A DNA stretch of 60,375 nucleotides, filler included, from Fonticula-like sp. SCN 57-25 (taxonomy: Eukaryota), in NCBI GenBank assembly GCA_001724245.1. It is 6 parts of 6 records of this genome, joined end to end, with 100 filler letters (N's around TTAATTAATTAA, not from the genome) between each part and the next. Parts side by side here need not be neighbours in the genome. Positions count along the whole stretch, not along the records: positions 9,375 to 19,380 come from MEDX01000261.1; positions 19,481 to 28,723 come from MEDX01000262.1; 4 more parts are not named here. One strand, written 5' to 3'. The notes under the pieces are model-generated. The model made no database searches and had not been told where the DNA came from. It was given only the letters and a program-made list of their open reading frames with translations. Below, piece after piece: positions 10,142 through 22,557 of this stretch. The first letter of the stretch is position 1. Every line of letters begins with the position of its first letter. The translations under genes were made by a program, and so were the position numbers.

Positions 10142-12135
10142 CTAGTCGTCCCACCGCCAGTCGTTGGCGGCCGCCTGGGGCGCTGCCTGCGCCTGCGGCG
10201 CATCCTCGTCGGCGGGCTCGCTGCTCGCGCTGGCAGACGAGCGGCTCGAGCGGCTCGAGCGGTGCTCGCGGTCGCGGCTGGATCTATGGTGGTGGCTGCG
10301 GTGCGACGACGACGACGACGACGACGACTTGCTCCTGGACGACGACGTGCGCTCGCCGGCGCCGTCCGCGTCGTCCCAGTCGCCCCAGCCGTCCTTGGCG
10401 GCCGCGGCCGACGACGACGAGCTCTGGTGCGGCGACGTCGACGACGCGCGCGCCGACTCGTACTTGTTCACGTCAAAGCCGCCGCTGCTGCTGCTGCGGC
10501 TCACGCCCGCGTTGTCATTGTACGAGCCGCTGTTGTAGCTGCTACCGCCGCCGTACGAGCTGTTGTTGTAGCTGCCGCTGTTGTAGCTGCCGCTGTTGTA
10601 CGAGCTGCCGCCGCCGTTGCCGCTGCTGTAGGCCGGGTTGCCGAAGCCGCTCGAGGACGACGAGTAAGCGGGCGGAAGGCCGCCGCCGCTGCTGTAGCTG
10701 CTGCGCGAGTCGTTGCCGAGCATGGAGGAGAAGTAGTTGCTCACATTGTTGTAGAGGTTCGGGTCCTGGACGGCAGACACGGTCGGCTCAATCACAGACT
10801 CCTTCACCTTGCGGCTCAGGTACGAAATGCCCTATGAAAAGAGTTAGATAGGAATACAAACTGAAAGAGGCGGAAAAACCAACTGAATTGACGCCATTCT
10901 CTTCAAAAACAACAAAAATGATCCTTGCTTCATATGACATACCTTTGTGACGGATGTGAGGGTGTCCTCGAGAAGGTCGCCCGACGAACCTCCGCTGCGC
11001 GACGACTGCTCAACTGCGCCGCCACTCGTCAGTACAACAAATATCAAACACAAAATGCGTACACGCAGGGTTGCCAAACCCGCCAAACTTTCCTCCCTGG
11101 CTGGGCGGCAGGTGGTCCGGGCGGTTGTCGTTCTCGGCGCCCTTGCGCGCAAAGTAGTCGACGTGCCCGCCAGCCGGCGCGCGGTACGTCGGCGGCTCGT
11201 ATCCGCCGCTCTGCTGCTCATACCCGCCCTGCTGCTGCTGCTGCTGCTGCATGGACGGCGTGGTCGAGCGCGACGACGGCGCGGAGCCGCTGCCGCCGCG
11301 CGAGCTGCTGCTGCTCGTCTTGCGGTCGCCCGAGCGAGAGTCGGACGCGAGCCAGTCGTCCCAGCTGTCGGCGTTGCCGCCGCTGCTGCCGCCGCCGCTG
11401 TAGCCGGACGAGCGCGACGAGGCGCCCTGGCTGCTGCCGCGTGACGACGAGGAAGACGACGGCTGCGAGGCGGGGCGGCGCTCCGACCCTTGGCTGCGCG
11501 ATCCCGACGAGGACGAGGAGGAGGACGTCGAGCCGACCGCCGGCGGCGTCCACGACTTGCCGTCGCACAGCGCCTGGAGCTGAGCAAAAAGGTGTCAGCC
11601 GCGGAAGTATACAGTAGGGAAAGAGGCGTACCTTTTCCTTGTAAAGCGCCATGGCGCGCGTGTTGTACTTGTCGCGGATGGGCATGTTGGAGCGGAAATC
11701 GGGCTGAGTCGAAAGGAACTCGATCGCGCGCGCGTTGCCGCCAAGCTGAGCAAAAAGACAATAAATAAGAGACCGAGAAAAGAGCGAGGCCGATCTGCCG
11801 TACCGACATCTTCTTGAGCTGGTCATCCTTCCAAGAATCCATCTGCACCGACCGGACGAAACTACCGACGACCGTGAGCGGGGCCAGAAAAGAGAGTAGC
11901 GTTGCACGCGCACCTGATATGCACGCCGAGGCCGCGGTGCTGGCCAGAGCAGTCGAGGCAGAAGAAGATGCCGTACGTCACCGAAGCCCACTGGGGGTTC
12001 GGGTTCCCGCAGTCGAAGCATTTCTGAGGCAAAAATGCTCAGCAAGAGGGAACAGCAAAGGGAAAAGGGCGCGCGTACCTGGTTCGCGTCCTGCTTCTGG
12101 AGCTCATTAAGGATCTTTTTAGCGTCGGGATTCAT
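10142..12135 (-). CDS. GCS1: ADP-ribosylation factor GTPase-activating protein, ArfGAP1/Gcs1 type
   Basis: [56 protein letters not shown], and the Gcs1-type [20 protein letters not shown]; low-complexity tail ending DWRWDD. Confidence 0.95.
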
Positions 12136-12256
12136 CCTCGAGGGTCCACACGCAGGCTTGCGCTAGAGATCCCTTGTGCGACGATAACCGTTTTTGTGGG
12201 TCCGTGCGCCGCCGAGATGCGTGCTGCGGCCGGACGCGCGTAAACGCAAAACACAA

Positions 12257-12410
12257 TCCCGGGGGGATCCAAAGGGTACACCATGTTTTGAAACTGATCG
12301 GTTCAAACTACCCCGGGAGGGTCGGGGGGTGGGGACCAACCAACCCCCACCATGTGTACTTAACCACGGTCACAAGGAGCAGACAAGGAGTCGTGGGCGG
12401 CATCCGGGGA
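12257..12410. ncRNA. Candidate structured RNA/DNA element (four-way junction plus hairpin), family unassigned
   Basis: Nested complementary stems read by eye: 12276-85/12351-59, 12287-92/12302-07, 12311-15/12323-27, 12329-34/12345-50, 12364-68/12392-96, outer 12257-70/12399-410. Confidence 0.4.
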
Positions 12411-12602
12411 AAAATGAGGGGAACTAGTCGTGCTACAAGTATATTAATTTTGTTCTTTGACAATGTATCAGAAATATACGCTAATCCTCTTTTCCGATCT
12501 TTTTCTTCTTCCTCCTTACAATTTCCGCGCAAATGAACGCGCAGATAAAATGCCCAAAAAGAAATTTCACTCACACACGGCGCCCTTTGTGGCTTCGATG
12601 AA

Positions 12603-14604
12603 CTAGTGTCCACCGTCGCGGCGGCGCGGGGCGGCGCGGACGATCTGGTCCACACGCAGAATCATCTCCGCGGCCTCGGCGGCCGACGTGACGACCTGGT
12701 GCTTGAGCTTGCACGACTCGAGGATGCCGAGCTCGCGCACGTCGGCGATGACGCCGTTGTTCATGTCGAGGCCGTACGTGCTCTTGCCCTCATTGTGGGC
12801 CGCCTTGAGCTGCGAAACAAGCTCCGAGCTGTCAAAGCCACCGTTGTCGGCAAGGTACGTGGGCAGCTACGCAGGCAGGTCAATACACTGTACAAACAAA
12901 AAGAGGCGATGCGCACCTTGCGGAGGGCGCGGGCAAAGGCCTCGACGGCGAGCGACTTCTTGCCGCTCGTGGTGGCCGCGACGGCGTCGACGGCGCGGGC
13001 CATGAGCATCTCGGCGCATCCGCCGCCGAGCGTTGTCCGCGTCTCGACGACCGTCTGCGACATGACGGCGAGGGCGTCGTGGATGGAGCGGTGGGCCTCC
13101 TCGAGCAGCTGCATTGTGGCGCCGCGGAGGACGATAGTGCAGGCCTCGTTGGCCGCGCAGCCAGAAAACTTGATGAGCTTGTCCTCACCGATGATCACCT
13201 GCTCAATGAGCTTGGCGTGGCCGAGCTTGACCATCTCGGGGTTGTCAAAGGTCGAGGTGATCTCGCCGCCAAGAACAGAGGCGAGGCGCTCGACGCCGGT
13301 AAAGTCGGCGTGCTCAATCGACATGATGCCGACGTCGGCGAAAAGCTGCTCGGGCCAGTTGTACACGAGCTGGCGGTTGATGAAGCAGTTGATGCCGTGG
13401 GCCTTGATCTTCTCAACCTTGTTGCGCATCTTGGCCTGCAGCAGCGTGTCAGCAAAAGAAAAGGAAAGTAATAAAGGGCGTACGCGCTCCGCGCGCTCGA
13501 TTTCAGCAAGGCCTGCCGTGCTCTCCACCTTGACGCGCGCGCCAAACACCTTGATCTTGTCGGTATCCATGGCTGCGCAAGCGTTTAGCCGCGTGCTACA
13601 AGTGGAAAAGCAGGCGTACCAGTATTGGCAATGAGAATGTTGGCGTTCTCGATGCGCTGCGGCTGTCCAACACCAATCTTCTTATCAAGAATGAAACCTT
13701 CGTCGAGGTAAGAGTCCTCAAGACGGCCTCCCGACTTTTTGATGATTTGGATCAAGTCGAGGTTGGTGGAGCCCTGCAGATGGGGTGAGCAACAAAGAAA
13801 AAATAGGCTCACTATAGGCGTACACGTAGCCGAAGGACGGCGTCGACGCAGATGCGGGCAAAGTGCTCCTTGGCCTGCGACACGACCTTTGAGCTGAGCG
13901 TGGTGCGCGCAATGTTGAGCAGATCCTGCTCAAAAGCAGCGGCATCCTTGCTGTGGCAGACTTTAGCCCATGTTCACAGCAATAAACAAAGCGAGCACGC
14001 ACCCGTTGTCGACCGCAGACGCAACGAGGGCCTCGCGGGCAGCGGCGACGGCAAGGCGGTAGCCGTCGACGATCGTCTGCGGGTGAATGTTGCTGTGCAC
14101 AAGCTGCTCGGCCTCGCGCAGCAGCTCGGAGGCGAGCACGCAGACGGACGTGGTGCCGTCACCGACCTCCTCGTCCTGCACCTTCGAGAGCTCGACGAGA
14201 ATCTTGGCGGCGGGGTTGTCGAGGTTGATCGACTTCAAAATGGTGGCGCCGTCATTGGTGATCACAATGTCCGACTGCGGGCCAACCTCGCGCGAGGAGA
14301 GCAGGATCTTGTCCATGCCCTTGGGGCCGAGCGTGCTCCGCACAAGGTCGCCAATGGCAATGGCGCCAACAAAGTTGGACTAGAGACAAAAACAAGGCAA
14401 AGGGAGCGGTTGTTAGCGCGGAAAGGAAAGGCGGCGGGCACGCACAAGGCGGGCATTCTCCGAGCGCTCTTCGCGAGCGTCGTCGCGCAGAATCTGAACG
14501 GGAGCAAGAGAACCCTGTACACAAATGCGTCAGAAGCGGTAATTTACAGAGAAACAGGGGCCATCTCGGCTTAAACGCCGGGCCCAGAGTGTGGCACGTA
14601 CCAT
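12603..14604 (-). CDS. CCT2: Chaperonin CCT/TRiC subunit beta
   Basis: [78 protein letters not shown]. The first exon is ATG only. Confidence 0.98.
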
Positions 14605-14698
14605 GGCGGTTCACTCGACGCGTTCTATTCGCTTACGCGTGGAAAGGAAAAAGCGACGAAAGCTATGGGCACAAAGTGTGGATTTGTGATCGGCATGC

Positions 14699-14765
14699 TG
14701 ATTGGTGCAGCGATTTCTCCCAGCCAATCAGGAAAACGCTTTTAATGCCGCTCTGTTGCCATTGG
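14699..14765. promoter_or_regulatory. CCAAT boxes in the CCT2/eIF3m divergent promoter
   Basis: TGATTGG at 14699, AGCCAATCAG at 14722 and CATTGG at 14760, within a 221-bp head-to-head gap. Confidence 0.55.
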
Positions 14766-14825
14766 CATCCTCACCTTTTGCGCCACCTGGTCCCCAAGTT
14801 TAGGAGGAAAAGGAACATCGACAGC

Positions 14826-16254
14826 ATGCCGCGCACGATTGTCGAGACGCGCAGCGTCGAGGAGGAGGTGCGCAGCAGCTTCAATTTCAGCAGCGTTTAC
14901 TTATCTTTTTGTTCCAATTCTGCAGATCCAGGAGCTCACGCGCTTCATGGACACGCTCGGCGGCAACATGACTGCCGCCGTGGAGCCGCTCCTGCAGCAG
15001 GGCGACGCTGGCCTGGCGCAGGCGGTCAAGCTCCTTAGCCAAAAGACCAGCAACCTCTTTTCCAGCGCACAGGAGAAGGGTACTTTGACTTTGCTTTCTA
15101 GGCGCTTGTTTTAACCGCGTTTTTCGTTGTCAGATCTCGACAGCAGCTTCAACCTGCTGTTGTGCATCTTCCAGCTGGCTGGGGAGGATCAGTACAGCAA
15201 CCTTGTGCTGGAGGTTGTGAAGAACCTGGAGGCTTACGAGGGCGCGCGGGAAGCCCACGCTCTTCGCCTGTACGTCCCCTTTTATGTTTGCGGCATCTCT
15301 TTAACGCTGCATCTCGCATAGCTTGAACAACATTTTCAACTCTGTGGACGAGACGGATCACCTGCGCTACTCGGTGTTCCTCGCAATTGTCCGCTTTGTC
15401 ACGAAGCGCGGACGCGTGTCGGTCCTTGTACCGCAGCTTCCTCAGCTCGCCGTGTGGGCTTCGTCGTGGAACCTCACGCCCGCCGAGCGCAGCGGCCTTT
15501 TCAAGCTCCTCAAGGACGAATTTAACAAGCAGAACCTCCAGTGCGTGTTACCTCTGCGTTGATAATAGCCGCTTTACTCACGTTTTGTTGCTTTGCAGCG
15601 AGGCTTTTATCCAGGCGCTCATTGCGTACCTCGGCGAGGCGTCCGAGCCCAACAAGGAGGAGATTGTCGCCGCCCTCATGCAGTACCTCAAGACGCCCTC
15701 CGTCTTTACCGTGCAGAATGTGATTGGCTTGCCCGCCGTGACCATCCTCAAGGGCCACTGGATGCACACGCTGCTCTCGCTCTTCCAGGCCGGCAATCTG
15801 GCCGACTATGACAAGTTTTACGCCGGTCTCCCCGCCGGGACGATCTCGCCCGCCGACCACGAGCTGCTGCGCCGCAAGGTGCGCCTCATCTCGTTGGCGG
15901 CCCTCGCTGCCCAGCACATCAATGGCGAGCTCTCGTACGACGCCGTCAGCAAGGCCCTCCTCATCGACGAGGCCGAGGTCGAGATGGTCGTCATCGATGG
16001 TACGCGCGCACGTGCCGCTATGTGCTTTTTTATTAACGCGCCCCACTTTTGCAGCCATCCAGTTCAAGCTTATCGAGGCGCAGATGAATCAGCTCAAGAA
16101 GGTGATCACCATCACGCGCACGACGTATCGCGCCTTTGGCCCGAGCGAGTGGACCCAGCTCGGCCTCCGCCTCACAGAATGGTCGCGCTCCGTATCAGAC
16201 GTCCTCGCCGTTGTCCGCAACGCCCGGCTCATCTCTACCCACACAGCCGTGTAA
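14826..16254 (+). CDS. EIF3M: PCI-domain protein, translation initiation factor eIF3 subunit M
   Basis: RKVRLISLAALA...ELSYDAVSKALLIDEAEVEMVVIDAIQFKLIEAQMNQ...TTYRAFGPSEWTQL; LNNIFNS...LRYSVF. Confidence 0.9.
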
Positions 16255-16787
16255 AAACTTTTGATCTGAACCCAAAAAAGTAAAGCATCTATACTACTAT
16301 TTCTATTCTTATGCGTCTTTGAATACACGTCATGCCGCAATTTCGTGTCCAGTTGGCGCCAAGTCTCTGGGATCCGAGACATGTTTCGCACTGAAACAGG
16401 TTTCAGGATGCTATTTTGGGGCTGGTTTCCGATGCGCACCGTGTGCCTGATCGAATGATCGAATTGTTTATGGAGCCGAGGTCCTCGCACCGGCCGACGA
16501 CGCGTCTGCAGGCCGGAACGCAGCTCCAAATGAGCAACAGGCCGTAAGACAGAACCACGTGTGCCAAATTTGCAATCTCACCCGTCTCCCATGAGACCTC
16601 TAAAGGGCAAAATCTCCTTTTTCAGAGAGTAAATTTCCTTAAAAGGTCAAGGGGCAGATATCGATCGATTTCCTTTTTTAACTGTGACTTGGCCCTGGGC
16701 AAAAAGGCTCCAGTCTCACGGGGTCCAGGTGGCTCTAGCCCTTACGGTCTCTGCTGGTCGCCGTACCTAAATCAAGAACAAGGAAAT

Positions 16788-18733
16788 ATGAGCGCCGAGC
16801 AGGATAACAAGGCTCGCCAGGTGGCTGGTACCGCGGGAAAGCGTACCCTCACTGCTGCTTTCAAGGCACTCTTTAGCAAGCGCGCGGCTGAATTCGAAGA
16901 AGAGCAGGAGGAGTTTGACCCTGACGTGTACGAGGGCCCGATTCCGGCCGACATGGTGCGATTTACGCGGGAAATTCTAGCCTGGCTCTGCTGACGTGTG
17001 CCTTGGCAGTTCTATACGGCCAAGAAGATCGAGTTGTCGATCTACAGGCCGACGCTCATCGACCAATGGATGCTCAACCCGCGCCAAAAGCTTGGCCAGG
17101 GGTCCTTTGGTCAGGTGCTGCTCGCCTCGCATGTCATCGACAGCCGGCTGGTACGCCCCCTCGCGCCCACTTCAGGGCATCGCTGACCCGTCTCGCAGGC
17201 CGCCGTAAAGATCATCCCTAAGACGCGCGTGATCAAGCCCGAGCAGCAGGTTCGCGTGGCGCGCGAGATCGTGCTGCAGTCTGGCCTTTTCCACCCCAAC
17301 GTCGTCACTGTGTACGATGTCCTGGAGACGGCCGAGGACGTCTTTATTGTCATGGAGTACTGCCCGAACGGCCAGCTCTTTGACCTCATTGTCGCGCGCC
17401 AGAAGCTGCCCACCAAGGATGCGCAGCACTACTTCCGCCAGATCCTGTCGGCGGTCGCCTACTGCCACAAGGTGCGCTTTTGTTACGCGCCGCCCCTTCC
17501 GCGCTGACCTTTGTTTTTTCTCCTCAGAACGGCGTCGTGCACCGCGACCTGAAGCCCGAGAACCTTTTGCTGTCCAAGAACGGCGAAGTCAAGATCTCTG
17601 ACTTTGGCTTTTCCAAGATGCTCTCGCCCGATCTCGCCGCCACCTACTGCGGCTCCCCCTACTACACCGCGCCCGAGATCCTCCGCGGCACCCCCTACGT
17701 CGTCAACGCCGCCGACATTTGGAGCCTGGGCATTGTGCTCTACTCGATGCTGACCGGCTGCCTTCCCTTCAACGGCAAGAACGTTGCCGATCTGCTCGAC
17801 CGCATCACGCGCAAAAAGTTCCAGGTCCCCGACTACCTCCTTCCCTCCGAGGTCGACCTTCTCCACCGCCTTCTCGAGGTCGACGCGTCCAAGCGCATCA
17901 CGCTTGACGAGCTGCTCGAGCACGAGTGGGTCATTGCCGGCCCCGACGGCACGACCGTCCCCGTGTCGTTGCACCTGAACGAGTTCCCGCCCGTGGCCGA
18001 GCCCGACATGGGCCTCGTCGGCCAGCTCGCCGAGCTCGCCGACCTGCCCAAGGAGAACATCGCGCAGGACATTATTAACGGCGTGTCGTCGTCGCCCGCG
18101 CGCCTGTACCACCTGAGCATGGCCCGCCCCGCGCGCCCGCCCGTCAAGGTGTGGTCCACCGACGCGCTCGACCGCCTCTCCAACGTGCCGACCCCCGTTA
18201 TGTCGACGAGCGTGAGCCCGCAGACGCCCGAGCTGCAGTCGACGCCGTCCGAGAGCGCGCTGCGCATCCGCCCCGGCCTCGACGGCGTCTTTGGCGCGTC
18301 CGAGGGCAACATGTCGGCCACGTCGCTCGGCAAGGACAGCAAGGACGGCGCGGCGGCCGAAAAGGAGGACGCCGCGCGCATGGCCCGCCGCGCGTCCGAG
18401 CCCGTCAAGAACACGTCGGCGCGCAGGAAGAAGCTCACGCTGCTGCATCACCTGCCGTTCTACCCGGCGCGCAGCACGACAACCGCCACGCGCGCGCAGC
18501 TCGTCGACCTCCTCAAGGCCGGCGCCGAGGCCAAGGACGCCGGCTTTGTCATTGACTCGCAGCCCGACGAGGGCACCATTATCGTGCGCGACACGAGCGA
18601 GGAGTGCGTCATGGAGGTGTCGCTCAGGCAGGGCGACGGCGGCGCGGTCGACGTGCTCGTCCGCCGCCGCAGGGGCGCGTTCAGCAAGCACAGGCTCCTC
18701 AACGACCGCGTCATGGAGGCAATGCGCCTCTAG
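16788..18733 (+). CDS. SNF1/AMPK-related (CAMKL) Ser/Thr kinase with UBA-like and KA1-like C-terminal regions
   Basis: LGQGSFGQV, AVKIIPK, HRDLKPEN, DFG, TYCGSPYYTAPE, DIWSLG; three short introns. Confidence 0.92.
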
Positions 18734-19059
18734 ATACGCGATGAGGACATTTGTATTTTCTTTGTGATTTGTATGATATAGTGCGACAATACGAGTTGCT
18801 GTTCCGCAGCGACTTTTAGCAGATTTTCAGCGCGCACGGTGTTGCATATTTGTAACTAGTATATTAAATGGAATAGAAAGAAAGAAGATAATGTTGTCTC
18901 GAATATGGCGCAGCATGTGCGTACGATGCAGTGTCTCGCAAGAGTAATACGAAAAAAGGGAAAATGCGGCGCGTCTCAATTGCGCCGCCCAGTAAAAGTA
19001 CAGTCGAAAGGTCGTTCTTTCGCTCGAAAAAACGTCCCATTTGCTACGCATTTCTACCC

Positions 19060-19380
19060 TCACGGCGGCACTGGCGCGGTGGGCGACGACGCAAACGACG
19101 ACAATTTCGCGGCCTCCAGCCTATCAAGGTATTCAATCATTGTACCAACAAGCTCCTGACTCTCAGGATTCTTCTCAACAAGCTCTTCGCGGCGCGGCTG
19201 CAGGATCATGGCGAGGCCAGCGAGGTCGCGGCGGTAGCGCGGCTCCGCGGGCGGCCCCTTGAGCGGCTGCGGCTCCTCGAGCAGCTTGGCGTACAGCACG
19301 TCCACTTCGTCGCGGTGGCTGGTCGTGTACTCGCCGACGGCGGCGGCCATGTACTCTTCCTTTTCGAATACGGCCTTGTT
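19060..19380 (-). CDS. Probable RasGAP-domain protein, C-terminal fragment
   Basis: NKAVFEKEEYM...RRDLAGL resembles the end of RasGAP domains (FxxKExYM ... RDLAAL). The 5' part is lost at the linker. Confidence 0.55.
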   Translation of the reverse strand, partial: NKAVFEKEEYMAAAVGEYTTSHRDEVDVLYAKLLEEPQPLKGPPAEPRYRRDLAGLAMILQPRREELVEKNPESQELVGTMIEYLDRLEAAKLSSFASSPTAPVPP

Positions 19381-19480
19381 NNNNNNNNNNNNNNNNNNNN
19401 NNNNNNNNNNNNNNNNNNNNNNNNTTAATTAATTAANNNNNNNNNNNNNNNNNNNNNNNNNNNNNNNNNNNNNNNNNNNN
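19381..19480. other. Artificial contig linker
   Basis: N44-TTAATTAATTAA-N44. Confidence 0.99.
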
Positions 19481-20533
19481 CCCTGCACCGCCCTTCTCAC
19501 CTCCACGTCCTCGCGCACCTGCTTGTCGGCGATCGCCAGCGCCTCTGCAAACTTTGAAAAGTTGTTGTTGATGGCCGACTCTTGCATGCCGCGGCCGTCG
19601 GCGGCGATGCGCTTGTCGAGCGGGATGATGTGGCCTTTAGAGTTTTTCCAGTTGGAGATGCACGGCGGGATCTTCCAGTCGCGCTGCTCTTCGACAGAGA
19701 CCTTGCGGGGGGGGGAGTGCATGATGGGCACGGGAGGGGACGGCGGGCCGCGGGGAAGGCGCTTGTGGCGAAACTTTGGCGGCTCGAGCGGGTCCTTCGG
19801 GACTTCGACCATGCTGATCACGCGCGACATGGCGCCGGCGTTGTGGCCTTCATCCTGCTGCTGGGGGGTGTAGCGGATCAGCGTGGGGGCGGCGCGCGCC
19901 TTGACGACGCCTTGTGCGGGGGCAGAAGTCTTCACTTGGCCCTCGACGATTTTTTCGAGGGCGAGGCGCGTGGCTTCGGCGGTCTCGCGGATCTCGTCCT
20001 CATCGGGGCGGCGGAAGGCGTCATCATCGCCGGAAATGTCCTTGGCGACCATGTCGGAAAACTTGCTCTTTACGACAGTGCCGGCGGCGCGGCCCTGCTT
20101 GAGGATGGCGTCGTACTGAACATTGCCTTCGGCATCGACCTGGAGGGGGAGCGTGCTGCTCGTCTCGCGCTTCTTGCCCATGTTGAGGGGGTACTGAGGG
20201 ACATGAATCTCGGGGAAGGCACCGCCATCGCCAAAGTCGGCGGGCGTGCGCGGGACCCAGCCCTTGCGGAAGCCGTAGGCGGGCGGGCCAGCGGTCTTTG
20301 AGGCGGAGGAAACGCGATCAAGCGCGTTCGTCATCACGGGCGGCGCGGGGACGCCGGCAAAGGCAGCCTCAAGTGCGGCATCGTCATCGTCATCGTCGAC
20401 ATCCTCAATGGACGGCTCCGCGGCGACAGGTGCGTTCGTCGGCTTCGGAAGCAAGCTGGAATAGAGGCAAGCGCAGAGGGTGAGCAGGGCAAAAAGGGAT
20501 CCACATGCGGTCCACGCACCTGAACAGCGACAT
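19481..20533 (-). CDS. SNW1: Splicing factor SNW1/SKIP/Prp45; 3' truncated
   Basis: DFGDGGAFPEIHVPQYPLNMG, DPLEPPKF, HSPPRK, WKIPPCISNWKN, IPLDKR. Confidence 0.98.
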
Positions 20534-20831
20534 CGCGCACGACAACGGGTACAGAGTCAATCTGGATCGATCAATCTGGATCGGGTGACGTCACTCGTTT
20601 GATGAAAGACAGTCGAAGATCAGTCCGAGTTCAATGAACGCAAATGCAGGATAGTATAAAACTGGCGTGATATCCATACAGTATTCGTCACATTATGTTC
20701 ATGTATGCCATCTTTTGTCACTTTGTTCATAAAAAAAACATAATTTTCGTCTTATCATTGGACTGAATCTCGTTTTCAAGCTAATGTATTTATTCATGCG
20801 TGTAAAGTCGTGGCATCTACACCACGTACGT

Positions 20832-22321
20832 CTACTCCTGCACCTCGGCGATGACGAGGAGGTTGGCAAACATGGCGCGCGCGTTGAGCACGAGCTGGTC
20901 CATGTCGTAGCCGCTGCGCTCGACGAGATCGCCCGACTGGTGGTACTGGTCGTCGGCGATCGAGCCGCAGCGCTCAAAGAACTGCGTGGCCGAGTAGCCC
21001 TGCTCGTAGAACGACTGGTGGTCGCTGCAGCACGCGGACGTGTAGCAGGTCTCAACGTCGGGGACGTACTCGTTGACGACCGAGATGGCGAGGTCGGTGA
21101 GGTCGGGGTCGTCGTAGCGCTCGGGGAACGCGCACTGGGCGACCTCGCGGTTGAGGCGGTACGCGAGCATGTCGCCCTGGATCATGGCGACGACGTCGTA
21201 GTCGAGGTCCTTGATGTCGGCGGCGTAAGCGCGCGAGCCAACAAGGCCCTGCTCCTCGCCGCACCACGAGCCGAGGATGACAGTGTAGCGGAACTGGAGC
21301 TTGTTGTCGCTGATGATCTTGGCGATCTGCATCAGCACGCCGGTGCCAGAGCCGTCGTCGTTGGCGCCGGGGGCGCGCTGCGTCGTCGACGAGCGGTCGG
21401 TCGAGCGCGAGTCGTAGTGGGCGCCAATGATGAAGAAGCGGTCGGGCTCGATGGCGCCGGGGTACACGGCGATCACGTTCGGGCCATACGCATCATCAAA
21501 GTAGTGGTACGACGACTCAAAGCTGCAGAAAATTGTCAGCAAAAGTACACAAAAAGGGGCAAAAAGGGCAAAAAAAGAAAAAGTAAAGCGTACCCGCACG
21601 ACGCGTAGTGGTCCGAGATCCACTCGGCGGCGTCCTTGGCCTCCTCCGAGTAGGCGTTGCGAGTGTTAAGGGTCGAGTCGGCGCGCTCGCCGGTCAGGTA
21701 CGTGACATAGTCGTGGATGACGGTGCTGTTGACCTGGGCGAGGAGCTCATCGATGGAAAAGTTGTGCTTGAGGGCCTTCTTCTTGGCCTGCAGGCGCTGC
21801 TTGGCGGCGACGCCGATGCGGCGGAGGCGGCGGGGGGCGACGGGGAGGATCTCAGTGTTGATCGGGAGCGAGGCGCGCGTGTCGACGGCAAAGAGGGTCT
21901 CGCGGAGCGGCTCGGCAACAAGGGCAAAGATGCGGTCGTTGGTGGCGCGCACGATGCGGACATTGATCGACTCGAGGCCGGCGACGGCGGCGTTCTTCCA
22001 GGCGTTGGCGGGCTCGTTCTCGAGGCGGAGGAGAGCCTCCTTCTCAAAAACAACGAGCGTGTGGCCCTCGGCGCGCTTGGCAAACATGGTCGCGCCAAGG
22101 TACACGCGGCGGACCTCGGAAAAGATCTTTTCATTACCGGCAATGATGGCCAGACCGTCGTAGTGACCGCGCACATCAAACAGATCCACCATCAGCTGAA
22201 GCTGCTCATCGGAAACATGAGGAACGGCGATCCAGGTGTTCTCGCCGGCCTCAACCTTGAGGGCAAAGCTCGCGCTGCACAGGGCAGCGACAAGCGCCAC
22301 AAGGACGAAAGCACGCGCCAT
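20832..22321 (-). CDS. Secreted M28-family (leucine) aminopeptidase with pro-region, 2 exons
   Basis: Signal peptide MARAFVLVALVAALC; GAHYDS, APGANDDGSG, GEEQGLVGS, SDHQSF, YH. Confidence 0.93.
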
Positions 22322-22403
22322 CCTGTGAAAGAAGGACGCGGGGGATCGTCAAAAATAATGCCTCCGCTGGGGCCGACAATCCCGCTCATCACGAGGATGC
22401 CGA

Positions 22404-22438
22404 CCAATCAAAATCACGGAAACTGGAAATGGACCAAT
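22404..22438. promoter_or_regulatory. Paired CCAAT boxes in the peptidase/RFC3 divergent promoter
   Basis: GACCAATC twice, 30 bp apart. Confidence 0.55.
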
Positions 22439-22557
22439 CGGATCGCTTTCAGAAGGATTTGAAAGCAGCAGGGCTGCGGCAGGCAGGTCGGCAGCATTGC
22501 CACAGCGCGCGCAATTTGCGCGCGAATTACCAGAGACGCACCGCCGCCACCACCACC

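Noticed and set aside
16588..16721. Short inverted repeat ccatgagac/gtctcacgg upstream of the kinase
   Set aside because: Only 9 bp with a mismatch and no convincing inner structure or target duplication.
17483..18691. Long antisense or alternative-frame ORFs (also over CCT2, the receptor, MRPS9 and others)
   Set aside because: Shadow ORFs caused by high GC3 in the real genes; no recognisable motifs.
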